Position numbers and translations under genes: made by a program. The notes under the pieces are model-generated. The model worked only from the letters and a program-made list of their open reading frames with translations. It was not told the DNA's origin and ran no database searches. Source: a virus (taxonomy: Duplodnaviria; Caudoviricetes). From it: 64,000 bases of DNA. Below, in pieces: positions 10,280-18,783 of the stretch (positions are counted from its first letter, which is position 1; every line of letters starts with the position of its first letter). The stretch covers positions 14,592 to 78,591 of IMG/VR virus record IMGVR_UViG_2551306637_000004; one strand, written 5' to 3'.

Positions 10280-11071
10280 TTAGTTTGCCGACGCCAGCAT
10301 CGCTTGCCCGAACGGCAGGAAGTCGTCGTAGAACGGGTCCGTCGAGACCAGGTCGTACGGCTGGAACTTGTACGGCAGGTTGCCGAACGCGTCGGTCTTG
10401 AACGCCAGCGTGAAGCCACCAGTGATGCGGATCTTCGGGATCAGCAGCGCAACCGGCGTGTTGTCGGCGAGGTTGCCGACCACCTTCGCGGCGAGGAACG
10501 GCTGGTTGGCCTTCGAGCCGATACCCACCACGTTGACCTTCTGGACCACCGTACCGTTCGGCAGCTGGTAGTCGAACTTCTGCGAGCTGACGACTTGCAG
10601 CGTCTTCGCCGTCGAATCGATCGTCTTGACCTTGGCGACGAGCATACGGTCGCTGTAACCCGGCACGACCGCTTGAATCCAGTCGCCGACCGCGAAGCCC
10701 GCGGCCGATGCAACCGGCAGCGTGTCTGCGCCAGCAGCGTTCGCCGGCACGTCGGCGTTCAGCGTGGTCTTGACCGTCGACGGGGTCAGCGCCGAGCCGT
10801 CGAGGCCCAGGCCGTACGCGAGGTTCTTCGACGTGTGCTCGAACACTTCCATCGTGGCGGTCACGGGGTTGCCGGTCATCACCGAGTACACGACGCTGTT
10901 TTTCACACCCTGCGTCAGCTCGGTGTATGCAGGCTGGCCGCTGATCGTGAAGTTCTTCACGAGACCGATCGAGTGCTCGTCGGGATTGAGGTTGAACAGG
11001 TCAGCTTGGGGGCCGATCATCACGGTGGCCGACCCCAGCATGAACTTTTCGGACTTTGCTTCACCAGCCAT
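10280..11071 (-). CDS. Major tail tube protein
   Basis: Position and beta-rich sequence; GGAGA Shine-Dalgarno before ATG 11071. Confidence 0.75.
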   Translation of the reverse strand: MAGEAKSEKFMLGSATVMIGPQADLFNLNPDEHSIGLVKNFTISGQPAYTELTQGVKNSVVYSVMTGNPVTATMEVFEHTSKNLAYGLGLDGSALTPSTVKTTLNADVPANAAGADTLPVASAAGFAVGDWIQAVVPGYSDRMLVAKVKTIDSTAKTLQVVSSQKFDYQLPNGTVVQKVNVVGIGSKANQPFLAAKVVGNLADNTPVALLIPKIRITGGFTLAFKTDAFGNLPYKFQPYDLVSTDPFYDDFLPFGQAMLASAN

Positions 11072-11166
11072 CGTTAGTTCTCCGTTTGAAAATTCTGGTG
11101 GGGCGATCGTACGTGTGATACCTTCGCGAATCAAAGGTTTTTATTGGTATATGGAGGAACCACGCA

Positions 11167-11361
11167 ATGGAATTGGAAGAGCGCGAAGCCTTTACGGTAC
11201 GCATCCCCGTCACGCTCGATGTTCAGATCAAGCAGCGCGCGAGAGTTAATCGTCGTACGCGGAATGCAGAGATCATCCACCTGCTTGAAACCGCGATCGA
11301 CAGTGCCACGAGCGCCGATCAGAAGCTCATCACCAGCATTACGAAGAAAGATCCGCAGTAA
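11167..11361 (+). CDS. Arc-like ribbon-helix-helix DNA-binding protein
   Basis: FTVRIPVTLDVQIKQRARVNRRTRNAEIIHLLE matches the Arc family pattern; GGAGGA RBS upstream. Confidence 0.8.
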   Translation: MELEEREAFTVRIPVTLDVQIKQRARVNRRTRNAEIIHLLETAIDSATSADQKLITSITKKDPQ

Positions 11362-11800
11362 CCGTGGACGATGCCATGAACGCCACCCACTTCATGGATC
11401 GTCCCAACCCTCCACCTACGGGCAAGACGCGCACACCGTTTTGCACCACCATCGTCCCCAGCTTGTCTCCCTTCAACGCATCGAGCACGTCAATCGACTT
11501 CGTCGGCAGAAGCCGTTGAACCAGTGCGCTCATCACTCGCGTCAGATTGAAGTCGTTCGTATCGTTCTCGGTCGCGACTCCGACGACGGCTGATACCGTC
11601 GTCAGATGTTCGTCAAAGTCGAGTGAATACTGGGCGACTCCGATCAGGTTGCCTGGGGGTAGCTTGTCGTAGTCGTGGTACGAGTCGAAGAAGACGGGGT
11701 GAAGCGATATACCCGTCGAGGCCTGAAGGCTGGTCGCCTGGTCTGCGCAGAATCGCAGGAGACTCGACAGGTGATCGCCATAGAGGTTTTCGCTTTTCAT
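11339..11800 (-). CDS. Putative tail terminator protein
   Basis: Synteny (gene before tail tube) and size 153 aa. Confidence 0.5.
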   Translation of the reverse strand: MKSENLYGDHLSSLLRFCADQATSLQASTGISLHPVFFDSYHDYDKLPPGNLIGVAQYSLDFDEHLTTVSAVVGVATENDTNDFNLTRVMSALVQRLLPTKSIDVLDALKGDKLGTMVVQNGVRVLPVGGGLGRSMKWVAFMASSTVTADLSS

Positions 11801-12558
11801 AGGTACGGTTCAACTGCTCGGTTGATGATCGGAAAGATCATGTTTTGCTGATACCAGAGAATGTAGGCGCTCACCAGAGGGCGGTATGCACCTCGCCGAT
11901 TGTTTGTCAACTTCGCGGCGAGGTTGTTTGTCTCAGGCAGGTACTGCTCGACCATGTTGGCGATCAACACGTTCATGTTGTTGAGCCTCGGGAGCCAGTC
12001 GACTACGATGCGAACGGTGTCGGACGGGCGGCTGTAGTATCGTCCACCCACCTTGACCCCGTTGCGCATCGTCCCGGCAGGGTAGCGACCGAGGCCCTGC
12101 ATGCGCGTCGCGTCGATCGTCACCTTAACTTCGCCGAAATATTGAGATGGGTTGCCGAGACGCATCAGCTCGTTACGCAGGGAGTTCTTCATCTGCTTGG
12201 CGTCACCGATGTGCTTGCGGCGCATACGACGCGACTCGGGACTGTTCTTCACTCGGCGCGGGAGGACGCTATACTGGAAATAGTCGACATGATCATTCTT
12301 CTCGTAATGGAGATAGAAGTAAGTCAGCTCGTTCCAGTGTGCCCCGACTTGATCGAGCCACATAGGTGGCTCGGACGAGCCGATCGAACCTGTCCCGACG
12401 AGATCGGTGAAGAAGGAGTCCAGCTTCTTCGTGATCTCGTCCTTTATCTTCAGCGAGACCTTATCGGCGTAGTCGGCAAGTCTGTTCGTGACGTTTTGGA
12501 AGATGAAGTTCTGGACGAACTGCATCACGCTGTCTTGAACAGCCTTGACGTCTGCCAT
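11797..12558 (-). CDS. Putative tail completion/neck protein
   Basis: Synteny in the neck module; translationally coupled to neighbours. Confidence 0.45.
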   Translation of the reverse strand: MADVKAVQDSVMQFVQNFIFQNVTNRLADYADKVSLKIKDEITKKLDSFFTDLVGTGSIGSSEPPMWLDQVGAHWNELTYFYLHYEKNDHVDYFQYSVLPRRVKNSPESRRMRRKHIGDAKQMKNSLRNELMRLGNPSQYFGEVKVTIDATRMQGLGRYPAGTMRNGVKVGGRYYSRPSDTVRIVVDWLPRLNNMNVLIANMVEQYLPETNNLAAKLTNNRRGAYRPLVSAYILWYQQNMIFPIINRAVEPYL

Positions 12559-13076
12559 TACTCTGCCTCGGCGACGGTGACTCCCAGCTCGAACTTCACA
12601 TTCGAGATGCGATAGTTGCTCGGCCCGATCAGGTCGCCGTCTTGCAACGGGAACCCGGTGATGATGCGATAGCGCTGACGCTTGGAGTTGTTGACGTCAG
12701 TGGTCTGACCGAGGGGGCGAACGTCGTACCACGTCTTTCCGATCGTCGACATCGCCTCATTGCGCGCGAAGCCGGACACGGGGTCGGTCTGGTGTGAAAT
12801 TCGTTGAACATCCCCGTTGAACGGGAGATGAAACATGCGGAAGATCGCATCGTTCGCCGTTCGGCTGAAATCCCCGAGGACGTAGTAGAAGCCGAGGTCG
12901 TTGACCGTGTCGCCTGGGTTGGCGACAGAGCCACGCCGCACATGAAGCATGCGCTGCGGCGTCGTGAACTGTTCCGATGAGGACTTCGCGGACGGTGAAG
13001 AGACGATGCCGTACACCTTGGCGTTGCCTCGCGACACGTTCACGAGGATTCGAGTGAGCTGAGGTAGAGTGGTCAT
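12558..13076 (-). CDS. Putative head closure protein
   Basis: Synteny; 172 aa. Confidence 0.45.
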   Translation of the reverse strand: MTTLPQLTRILVNVSRGNAKVYGIVSSPSAKSSSEQFTTPQRMLHVRRGSVANPGDTVNDLGFYYVLGDFSRTANDAIFRMFHLPFNGDVQRISHQTDPVSGFARNEAMSTIGKTWYDVRPLGQTTDVNNSKRQRYRIITGFPLQDGDLIGPSNYRISNVKFELGVTVAEAE

Positions 13077-13078
13077 GA

Positions 13079-13807
13079 CTAGCCTGTCACCGGGTCGGTG
13101 GGGGAGGAGACCACGAAGATCGTCGGCGTCACGGCGACGGTTCGGGCCAGTGTGTCGCTCAGCTGCGCGAGGCTCGCACCGAGCTGAGTTGTGAGGTCTT
13201 CCTTCAGCTTGTCGAGGTCGACCCAGTCCCAGCGGGAGAAGTTAGAGTTCTCAACCTGCTTTGACTGCACGAGCCGCAGCTGGAAGGAGGGCAGCGCATC
13301 GATCGCGGCGCGCGCGGCGAGGGCGCGGTTCGCGGCCGATCGCGTACGGCTGTCGCCGACCACGAGGGCGTTCGTGAAGTCCGTACCGTAGTCGGCGCGC
13401 AGCGAGTAGTACGCCGGGATCAGTTCGATCGCCTCGTCGGGCAGCTCGTCGACGGAAACCCCCATCAGGCCGCGTACAGCGTCCGCGTCGGCGCTCATAG
13501 GGATGAACGGGTGTAGGCCGTAGGCCACCTTCTGCTGACGGCTCTGCCCCGACGTCTTGAACGCGAGGGAGACGAACCGGGTCTCGGTGTCGTTTCCCGC
13601 TGCGATGCCGTTCGCGCTCGCCGGCAGCAGGATGTGGGCGGTCGTGCCCGGTACATCGAGCGCAGCGTGGTCCAGGCCGGCCAGGACAGCGCCGCTCTGG
13701 TCACGCACGGTGTACGTCACGGACCCGGCGTCGGGCTGGGCCTGAACGCCACCGGTCATCAGCTCGACTTCGAATGTCAGGTCTTCACCAGCCTGGAACC
13801 ACTGCAT
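13079..13807 (-). CDS. Putative head-tail adaptor
   Basis: Synteny after the capsid gene; helical C-terminal half. Confidence 0.5.
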   Translation of the reverse strand: MQWFQAGEDLTFEVELMTGGVQAQPDAGSVTYTVRDQSGAVLAGLDHAALDVPGTTAHILLPASANGIAAGNDTETRFVSLAFKTSGQSRQQKVAYGLHPFIPMSADADAVRGLMGVSVDELPDEAIELIPAYYSLRADYGTDFTNALVVGDSRTRSAANRALAARAAIDALPSFQLRLVQSKQVENSNFSRWDWVDLDKLKEDLTTQLGASLAQLSDTLARTVAVTPTIFVVSSPTDPVTG

Positions 13808-13818
13808 GGCGCGTCTCC

Positions 13819-14154
13819 TTACGAGCGGCGACGGCGGGAGGTTGCCGGCGCGGTGTCGGCGTCTTCTCCTGCCTCGGTCGGCTCGGCGTCGATGCCGTAC
13901 ACGGCCAGGAACGATTCGTTGGCCACGTCGAAGTCGCCATCCGCTTCTTTCAGGAAGCGGACGTATTCAGCGTCGGTGGCCTCGGGCTTCAGCTCCGCGA
14001 CGATCTCAACCTGATTCAGACCGACACGAGTGTTGATGAACGGGGTTTGACGAACGACCGATGGGCGGAACGCGTCCAGCTCGTCGCCGCTCATGCCGTC
14101 GAGCAACATGAACTTGCCGGTGGTGTGTGCGAGGATCTTCTTCATCTTCATCAT
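13819..14154 (-). CDS. Hypothetical virion-module protein
   Basis: Clean ORF between capsid terminator and adaptor gene. Confidence 0.6.
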   Translation of the reverse strand: MMKMKKILAHTTGKFMLLDGMSGDELDAFRPSVVRQTPFINTRVGLNQVEIVAELKPEATDAEYVRFLKEADGDFDVANESFLAVYGIDAEPTEAGEDADTAPATSRRRRS

Positions 14155-14172
14155 CTATCCATGAAAGGGCAT

Positions 14173-14202
14173 AAAAAAGCCCGCCCGAGAGGGGCGGGCT
14201 TT
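14173..14202 (-). terminator. Rho-independent terminator after the major capsid gene
   Basis: Stem AAAGCCCGCCC/GGGCGGGCTTT with a T-run on the minus strand. Confidence 0.8.
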
Positions 14203-14222
14203 CAGGCTCTCGACCGGGGGCC

Positions 14223-15416
14223 TTACGCGGTCACGTCGAGGACTTGGCGCGTGTCCGGGAACGCCAGCTTGTAGCCGGTGTTTTCCGTACGCACGTAGGT
14301 GATCGACTGATTCAGGATCGAACGCTCGTTCTCCGAGATGTTCGAGCCGGCTTCGATCAGCTCTTCCAGCGTTTCTGCCTTCGTGAAGCCAACCAGCTTG
14401 CCTTCCGGCACGGCCGACGACAGGTGGAAGTTCACCGACTGATTGAGGATCGGCACCTGCGTGTTGATCTTCGGCGTACCCTGCGCGACCAGCGCTTCGA
14501 TGTCGGTCGCGTGCGCGCCCGAGATGCCCGTCACCGGCTGGAACATGAACAGCAGCTCCACGAACATGTCGTAGTTGCCGATGATCGTGTCGATCGGGTA
14601 GCCGGCCTTCGCGCGGGCCATAAGCCACTTCGCGAGCGCCTTGTAGTTCGACGAGAACGCCTTGCTCGCGTCGCCGCCGAAATCCGACACCTTGACCACG
14701 CCGGCAGCGCCGTTGACGCCGTCGCCGTTGATCAGGATGGCCGTCGCGGCACGCACCTTCGAGATCTCCAGCTCGCGGCCGACGCGCGCTGCAAACGGCG
14801 TCATGATGTCGAGCGAAGCGCGGCGGTTGAACTCGTACGAGGTACGGTAGCCCGAGCCGTGCTTGAAGATGCCGACCGTCTGTTGCGACGTACGGATCGT
14901 TCGAACCGGGATGCGGCCCAGTTCCGGGATCGTGTGCGTCGTGCGCTCGTTCGAGTCGTCCTCGACGAACGTCGAGATCATCTCGGTGCCGTTGATCGTG
15001 CGCGACTGCGCGACGAGCGGAGCGACCTGTTCGATCTGGTCCTGGCGGTTCTTCCAGCGCAAGATGTCGTCCATGACTTCCGGGAACATCGCGCGGGTGC
15101 CCGGATACGTCTGGAACGTTTCTGAAGCGGCTTGCAGCAGGACGCCTTGCGACAGATCCTGGCGAACCGGCAGGTTGAGGTAGGCCAGGGCGGCTTCGTA
15201 GCCGTTCAGGCCATCGTAGCGGCCGGCGTCGTCAGCACGGCGCGGGTCGATCGCGAGCGTGAGGTAGTCACGCAGGTTGAGGCCCGAGTCCGCGGCGAGG
15301 CGCACGAGGCGCTGGCCAGCGTTGATCGAGCGCTGGACGTCGGTGGTGTCGTCCGGTTTGAGGCCGGCGAGAACTTCCGCTGGTGCGCGGCGTTCGATGT
15401 CGATCAGATCTGCCAT
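14223..15416 (-). CDS. Major capsid protein (HK97 fold)
   Basis: 397 aa after protease and decoration genes; GGATCAAAAC leader; terminator follows. Confidence 0.88.
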   Translation of the reverse strand: MADLIDIERRAPAEVLAGLKPDDTTDVQRSINAGQRLVRLAADSGLNLRDYLTLAIDPRRADDAGRYDGLNGYEAALAYLNLPVRQDLSQGVLLQAASETFQTYPGTRAMFPEVMDDILRWKNRQDQIEQVAPLVAQSRTINGTEMISTFVEDDSNERTTHTIPELGRIPVRTIRTSQQTVGIFKHGSGYRTSYEFNRRASLDIMTPFAARVGRELEISKVRAATAILINGDGVNGAAGVVKVSDFGGDASKAFSSNYKALAKWLMARAKAGYPIDTIIGNYDMFVELLFMFQPVTGISGAHATDIEALVAQGTPKINTQVPILNQSVNFHLSSAVPEGKLVGFTKAETLEELIEAGSNISENERSILNQSITYVRTENTGYKLAFPDTRQVLDVTA

Positions 15417-15445
15417 GTTTTGATCCGTTGTCAGTTGTTTTTGAA

Positions 15446-15532
15446 CCCCCGTCAGCCCGGTGGTGGGCGGAACTGACGGGGGCTTTGCAGCTCTTCCAGC
15501 AGATGACCCCGGTGGTGGGCGAGGTCATCTGC
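15446..15532 (-). promoter_or_regulatory. Two tandem hairpins with identical CCCACCAC loops in the capsid gene leader
   Basis: Stems 15446-15482 and 15499-15532; loops are the reverse complement of 15460-15467 and 15512-15519. Confidence 0.75.
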
Positions 15533-15541
15533 CGCCGTTCT

Positions 15542-15964
15542 TTACAGCTCGATGGCGACCACGTTGCCGCTGGCCAGCACTTCGACGACGCACCACGGCG
15601 AGTAGCCGCCGAAGGCGTCCTTCGCGGGGTCGGCCTTGCGAACCGTGCCGCCGCCACCGCCGACGATGCGATCACCCGGCGTCGCGGCGTAGCCCGCTTT
15701 GACCAGGAAGTCGAGACCGCCTTCCAGCGAGACCGTTCCGACGTTCAGGCCTTCGGTCACGCGGTTTTCGATCGTTTCGAGTCGGCCGACCAGCAGGTCG
15801 CCGTCGCCTGCCAGCTTCACCGTGTTCGGCGCGGTCGGGTCGATCGACACGGCCTTGCCTTCGTCCTGGCCTTTCTTGATGCCTGCGGCCAGGTTGAACG
15901 CGTACTGCGAATCCTCGTCGTAGATACCACGAAGGGAGACGCCGTTACCGATAGCGTTGCTCAT
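15542..15964 (-). CDS. Head decoration/cement protein
   Basis: 140 aa, Gly/Ala-rich, between protease and capsid genes (GKAVSI...VKLAGDGD). Confidence 0.7.
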   Translation of the reverse strand: MSNAIGNGVSLRGIYDEDSQYAFNLAAGIKKGQDEGKAVSIDPTAPNTVKLAGDGDLLVGRLETIENRVTEGLNVGTVSLEGGLDFLVKAGYAATPGDRIVGGGGGTVRKADPAKDAFGGYSPWCVVEVLASGNVVAIEL

Positions 15965-15992
15965 GAATTACTCTCTCGTGTTGCGGGTTCGC

Positions 15993-16397
15993 TTAACGCG
16001 GCGCGGACTTGAACGCGCTCGACGCGTGAAGCGTCGTCCCCTTCGTTGCACCAGTGCCGGTTTCGGACCCTTGCGAGCGGCCGCCGTTACCAGCGCCCGC
16101 CTTCAGGACTTCAACCTGCGCTTCTGCGGTCGCGAGCTTCGCCTTCAGATCGGCGACCTCGGTTTCAGCAGTCTTTGCCGAAGCTTCCAGCTCCGTCACC
16201 TTCGCTTGCGCCTCGGCCAGCGAAGTTTGCGCGGCCTTCAGCTCCGTGCCTTCCTTCAGCGTCTTGTTCTCGGTGCTCAACGCGTCGTTGGTCGTCTTGA
16301 GCGCCGCGATTTCCGCGTCTTTCAGCGAAATCGTGTGTTCGTGGATCTTCTGGCCCGCCTTCAGGTTGGCCAGCTCTTCGATCAGTTCCTTATCCAT
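15993..16397 (-). CDS. Probable nested scaffold protein (internal in-frame start MDKELIEEL)
   Basis: In-frame ATG 16397 preceded by GGAG and a CCACCACCAC run; start of the coiled-coil region. Confidence 0.55.
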   Translation of the reverse strand: MDKELIEELANLKAGQKIHEHTISLKDAEIAALKTTNDALSTENKTLKEGTELKAAQTSLAEAQAKVTELEASAKTAETEVADLKAKLATAEAQVEVLKAGAGNGGRSQGSETGTGATKGTTLHASSAFKSAPR

Positions 16398-17120
16398 CGT
16401 CTTCGGACTCCGAGGGGATGTGGTGGTGGTGGCAATCAGCATCAAATGCTCGGGTGCGACGCCCGAAGCTGCCAAGCGGTCGTACTGCTCTTGGCCGAGC
16501 CGCTGCTTTGTGCGGCCCAAAATCTTCGCGTTGTTCGCCGCGCCTTTCGACACGAGCGACGTTTCAGTCCATCGATCCAGCCCGTTGATCTTCAGATACG
16601 CGCCGTCTTCGCCGAGCACGTGATCATTCCCGCACACGCGGTCGTAGAAGTTCGAGAAGCTGGCCTCGGGACCACGCCAGTCCCAGCTGCACTTCGAACA
16701 GAGCAGCTGTTGACCGACAAACCCGACGCTGACCTCGTCGATGATCCCGTTTTCGAGCTTCGGGACATTCGAGTCGTCTTTCGGCAGGTAGAAGAGGCAG
16801 ACCAGTTCGCTCGATCCGTCGCCGAGCGTCGACGGGAGGACTTCGCCGTAGAAGAAACGACCGAGGGGGAGTTCGTCTCCGTTCGGGTGAAGGGTCTGGA
16901 GGGGGACGAAGCCGCCACTGTTGAGGTAGCTGGCCATCTGGTTGAGCGTATCAACCTGGATCTGGCCTTTGTCAAAAATCGAACCGGGCTTCGTCAACGG
17001 GCGCGTGTTAGTGACCGAGGCCTCGAACACGACGATCGCGTTGAAGTCGACCTGATCACCCCCGGTGTTGCGGGTGATCAGATTCTGAATTCTCGGTGTG
17101 ATCGGAACGCTCTTAGCCAT
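15993..17120 (-). CDS. Prohead maturation protease with C-terminal scaffold coiled coil
   Basis: HPNGDELPLGRF and EVSVGF protease-type motifs, then an Ala/Glu/Lys coiled coil. Confidence 0.8.
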   Translation of the reverse strand: MAKSVPITPRIQNLITRNTGGDQVDFNAIVVFEASVTNTRPLTKPGSIFDKGQIQVDTLNQMASYLNSGGFVPLQTLHPNGDELPLGRFFYGEVLPSTLGDGSSELVCLFYLPKDDSNVPKLENGIIDEVSVGFVGQQLLCSKCSWDWRGPEASFSNFYDRVCGNDHVLGEDGAYLKINGLDRWTETSLVSKGAANNAKILGRTKQRLGQEQYDRLAASGVAPEHLMLIATTTTSPRSPKTMDKELIEELANLKAGQKIHEHTISLKDAEIAALKTTNDALSTENKTLKEGTELKAAQTSLAEAQAKVTELEASAKTAETEVADLKAKLATAEAQVEVLKAGAGNGGRSQGSETGTGATKGTTLHASSAFKSAPR

Positions 17121-17199
17121 GCCAGTGTGGTGCTTTTCATGCTGCCCGGTGAATGTAGCCCGTATTATTTCGACCAGCTAAATGAGAGTCAAAGAGTTT

Positions 17200-18783
17200 T
17201 TAGGGATTCACCGCGTTACTCGCGGCGGACTTCGAACCTTTTGAAGAAAGCGACCGGCCGAGTGGATCGGAGTTGGGGCTGACCTTGCTGACGTCGGGGC
17301 CGTGTGGGCCGCTCGTCTTTCCAGAGCCTCCTTCGGAGCCACCTGCGTTCGGTTGGTCAAGGTTATCTTGAGCGGTCAAGACCTGGACGTTCGTTCCCGG
17401 CATGAAGTTCGTACCACTGAGGATCGGGGCCGAGTCGGGGCGGATGCGCCCATACATCTCCAGGTGGTACTCGTCGTCGTCGATGATGCCCAGCGACAGG
17501 TCAGCTTTCAGGCGCGACGCGCGCATCGTGAGCTGAGGTTCCAGCTCGGTAAGCGGGCGCATCTCGGCGGGGCGGAACTTGCACACCACGCGGGACTGCG
17601 AGCCTTGCAGGCGAATCGCGAGCGTCAGCATGTCCGAGAACAGGTCGGCGATCGGCTGGTTGATCTCTTCGGCCGTCATGCTGAAGAGTCGCGCTTCGAC
17701 CGAGGCTGTGTTCACGCCAGCGTTGCCTCGGCCGAGAATCGTCCCCATCGTGCGCAGGCCGGCTTGGTTCTGCGCGTTCAGCGTCTCGATGATCGACGAG
17801 ATGTCGATGCCCATCCCCGGTGCCTTGTCGTTGATCATACTGACCTCCGACGAGTCCGTATGGACGAATGCCTGATCCGGTCGGATGTTCGCAATCTGGC
17901 CGCTGATCCCGTTGAGCACGCTCGCGACGTACTGCTGCAACTTGACCGGGTTGGCTTTCGTGTCGAGCGGCGCATTACGCGTGATGACGTCTTCCAGCAC
18001 CTTCACTTCGAGACGAGGGTAGCCGGTCAACTGCATGATCCGGTACAGGTCGTTGATCACCTGCTGCCGGCCGGCGATCGTGTTGATCGCGGACACAAAC
18101 GGCGAGTAGGTGTAGATCGTCGTCGGGTCACGCCGGAAGAACTTGCAGAAGAACGTCGGGATCGTCAGATCGATGGTGTCACCTGCCGACGTGCGTTGCT
18201 CAGGCGTGAAGACGCCCGGTTGAGGTTCGATCCACCAGAGTGTCTTCGGGTCGAGCATGCGGAATTCGGTCGGCACGAAGGTCTTGTCGAGCACCATTTC
18301 GCACGGGAGCGATCCGCCGGCGAGGATCATGTACCGGAAGTTCTCGGCCAGCTCCTTGAACGACGGCCTGAAGTCGAAGCCCTTGGAGTAGTCGTTGCGA
18401 ACCTCGTAGCCTTGCATAACTGCGTTGAGGATCTTCTGGCCGTCACGGTCGATCATCCCGTTCACGTCGTAGACGACTGCCATCAGGTCGGTGTTGGCCA
18501 CGGTCAGGTAGGCGTTGGCTGCGGCCGACACGTCCGGGTCCTGGACGAGCAGGGTCTTGATCAGGGCGCGCGAGTCGTTCGCCGTACGCGAGCTGAAGAT
18601 GTCGGTCAGGTGCTCCCGATACGTCGGCATCGTGAGCAGCTGAGTCGGCGCGCTCGGGTTATAAGTACCCGGCATCGACATGCCGCCCTTCGCAGAGCGA
18701 CGCGGCAGGATAATGGAGAGCGCCGCGCCGAGCGCCCCGCCGATTCCCTTAGAAGAAGACTTGGGGGTGGTGGTCGTTGCCAT
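17200..18783 (-). CDS. Portal protein
   Basis: 527 aa directly downstream of the large terminase. Confidence 0.85.
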   Translation of the reverse strand: MATTTTPKSSSKGIGGALGAALSIILPRRSAKGGMSMPGTYNPSAPTQLLTMPTYREHLTDIFSSRTANDSRALIKTLLVQDPDVSAAANAYLTVANTDLMAVVYDVNGMIDRDGQKILNAVMQGYEVRNDYSKGFDFRPSFKELAENFRYMILAGGSLPCEMVLDKTFVPTEFRMLDPKTLWWIEPQPGVFTPEQRTSAGDTIDLTIPTFFCKFFRRDPTTIYTYSPFVSAINTIAGRQQVINDLYRIMQLTGYPRLEVKVLEDVITRNAPLDTKANPVKLQQYVASVLNGISGQIANIRPDQAFVHTDSSEVSMINDKAPGMGIDISSIIETLNAQNQAGLRTMGTILGRGNAGVNTASVEARLFSMTAEEINQPIADLFSDMLTLAIRLQGSQSRVVCKFRPAEMRPLTELEPQLTMRASRLKADLSLGIIDDDEYHLEMYGRIRPDSAPILSGTNFMPGTNVQVLTAQDNLDQPNAGGSEGGSGKTSGPHGPDVSKVSPNSDPLGRSLSSKGSKSAASNAVNP

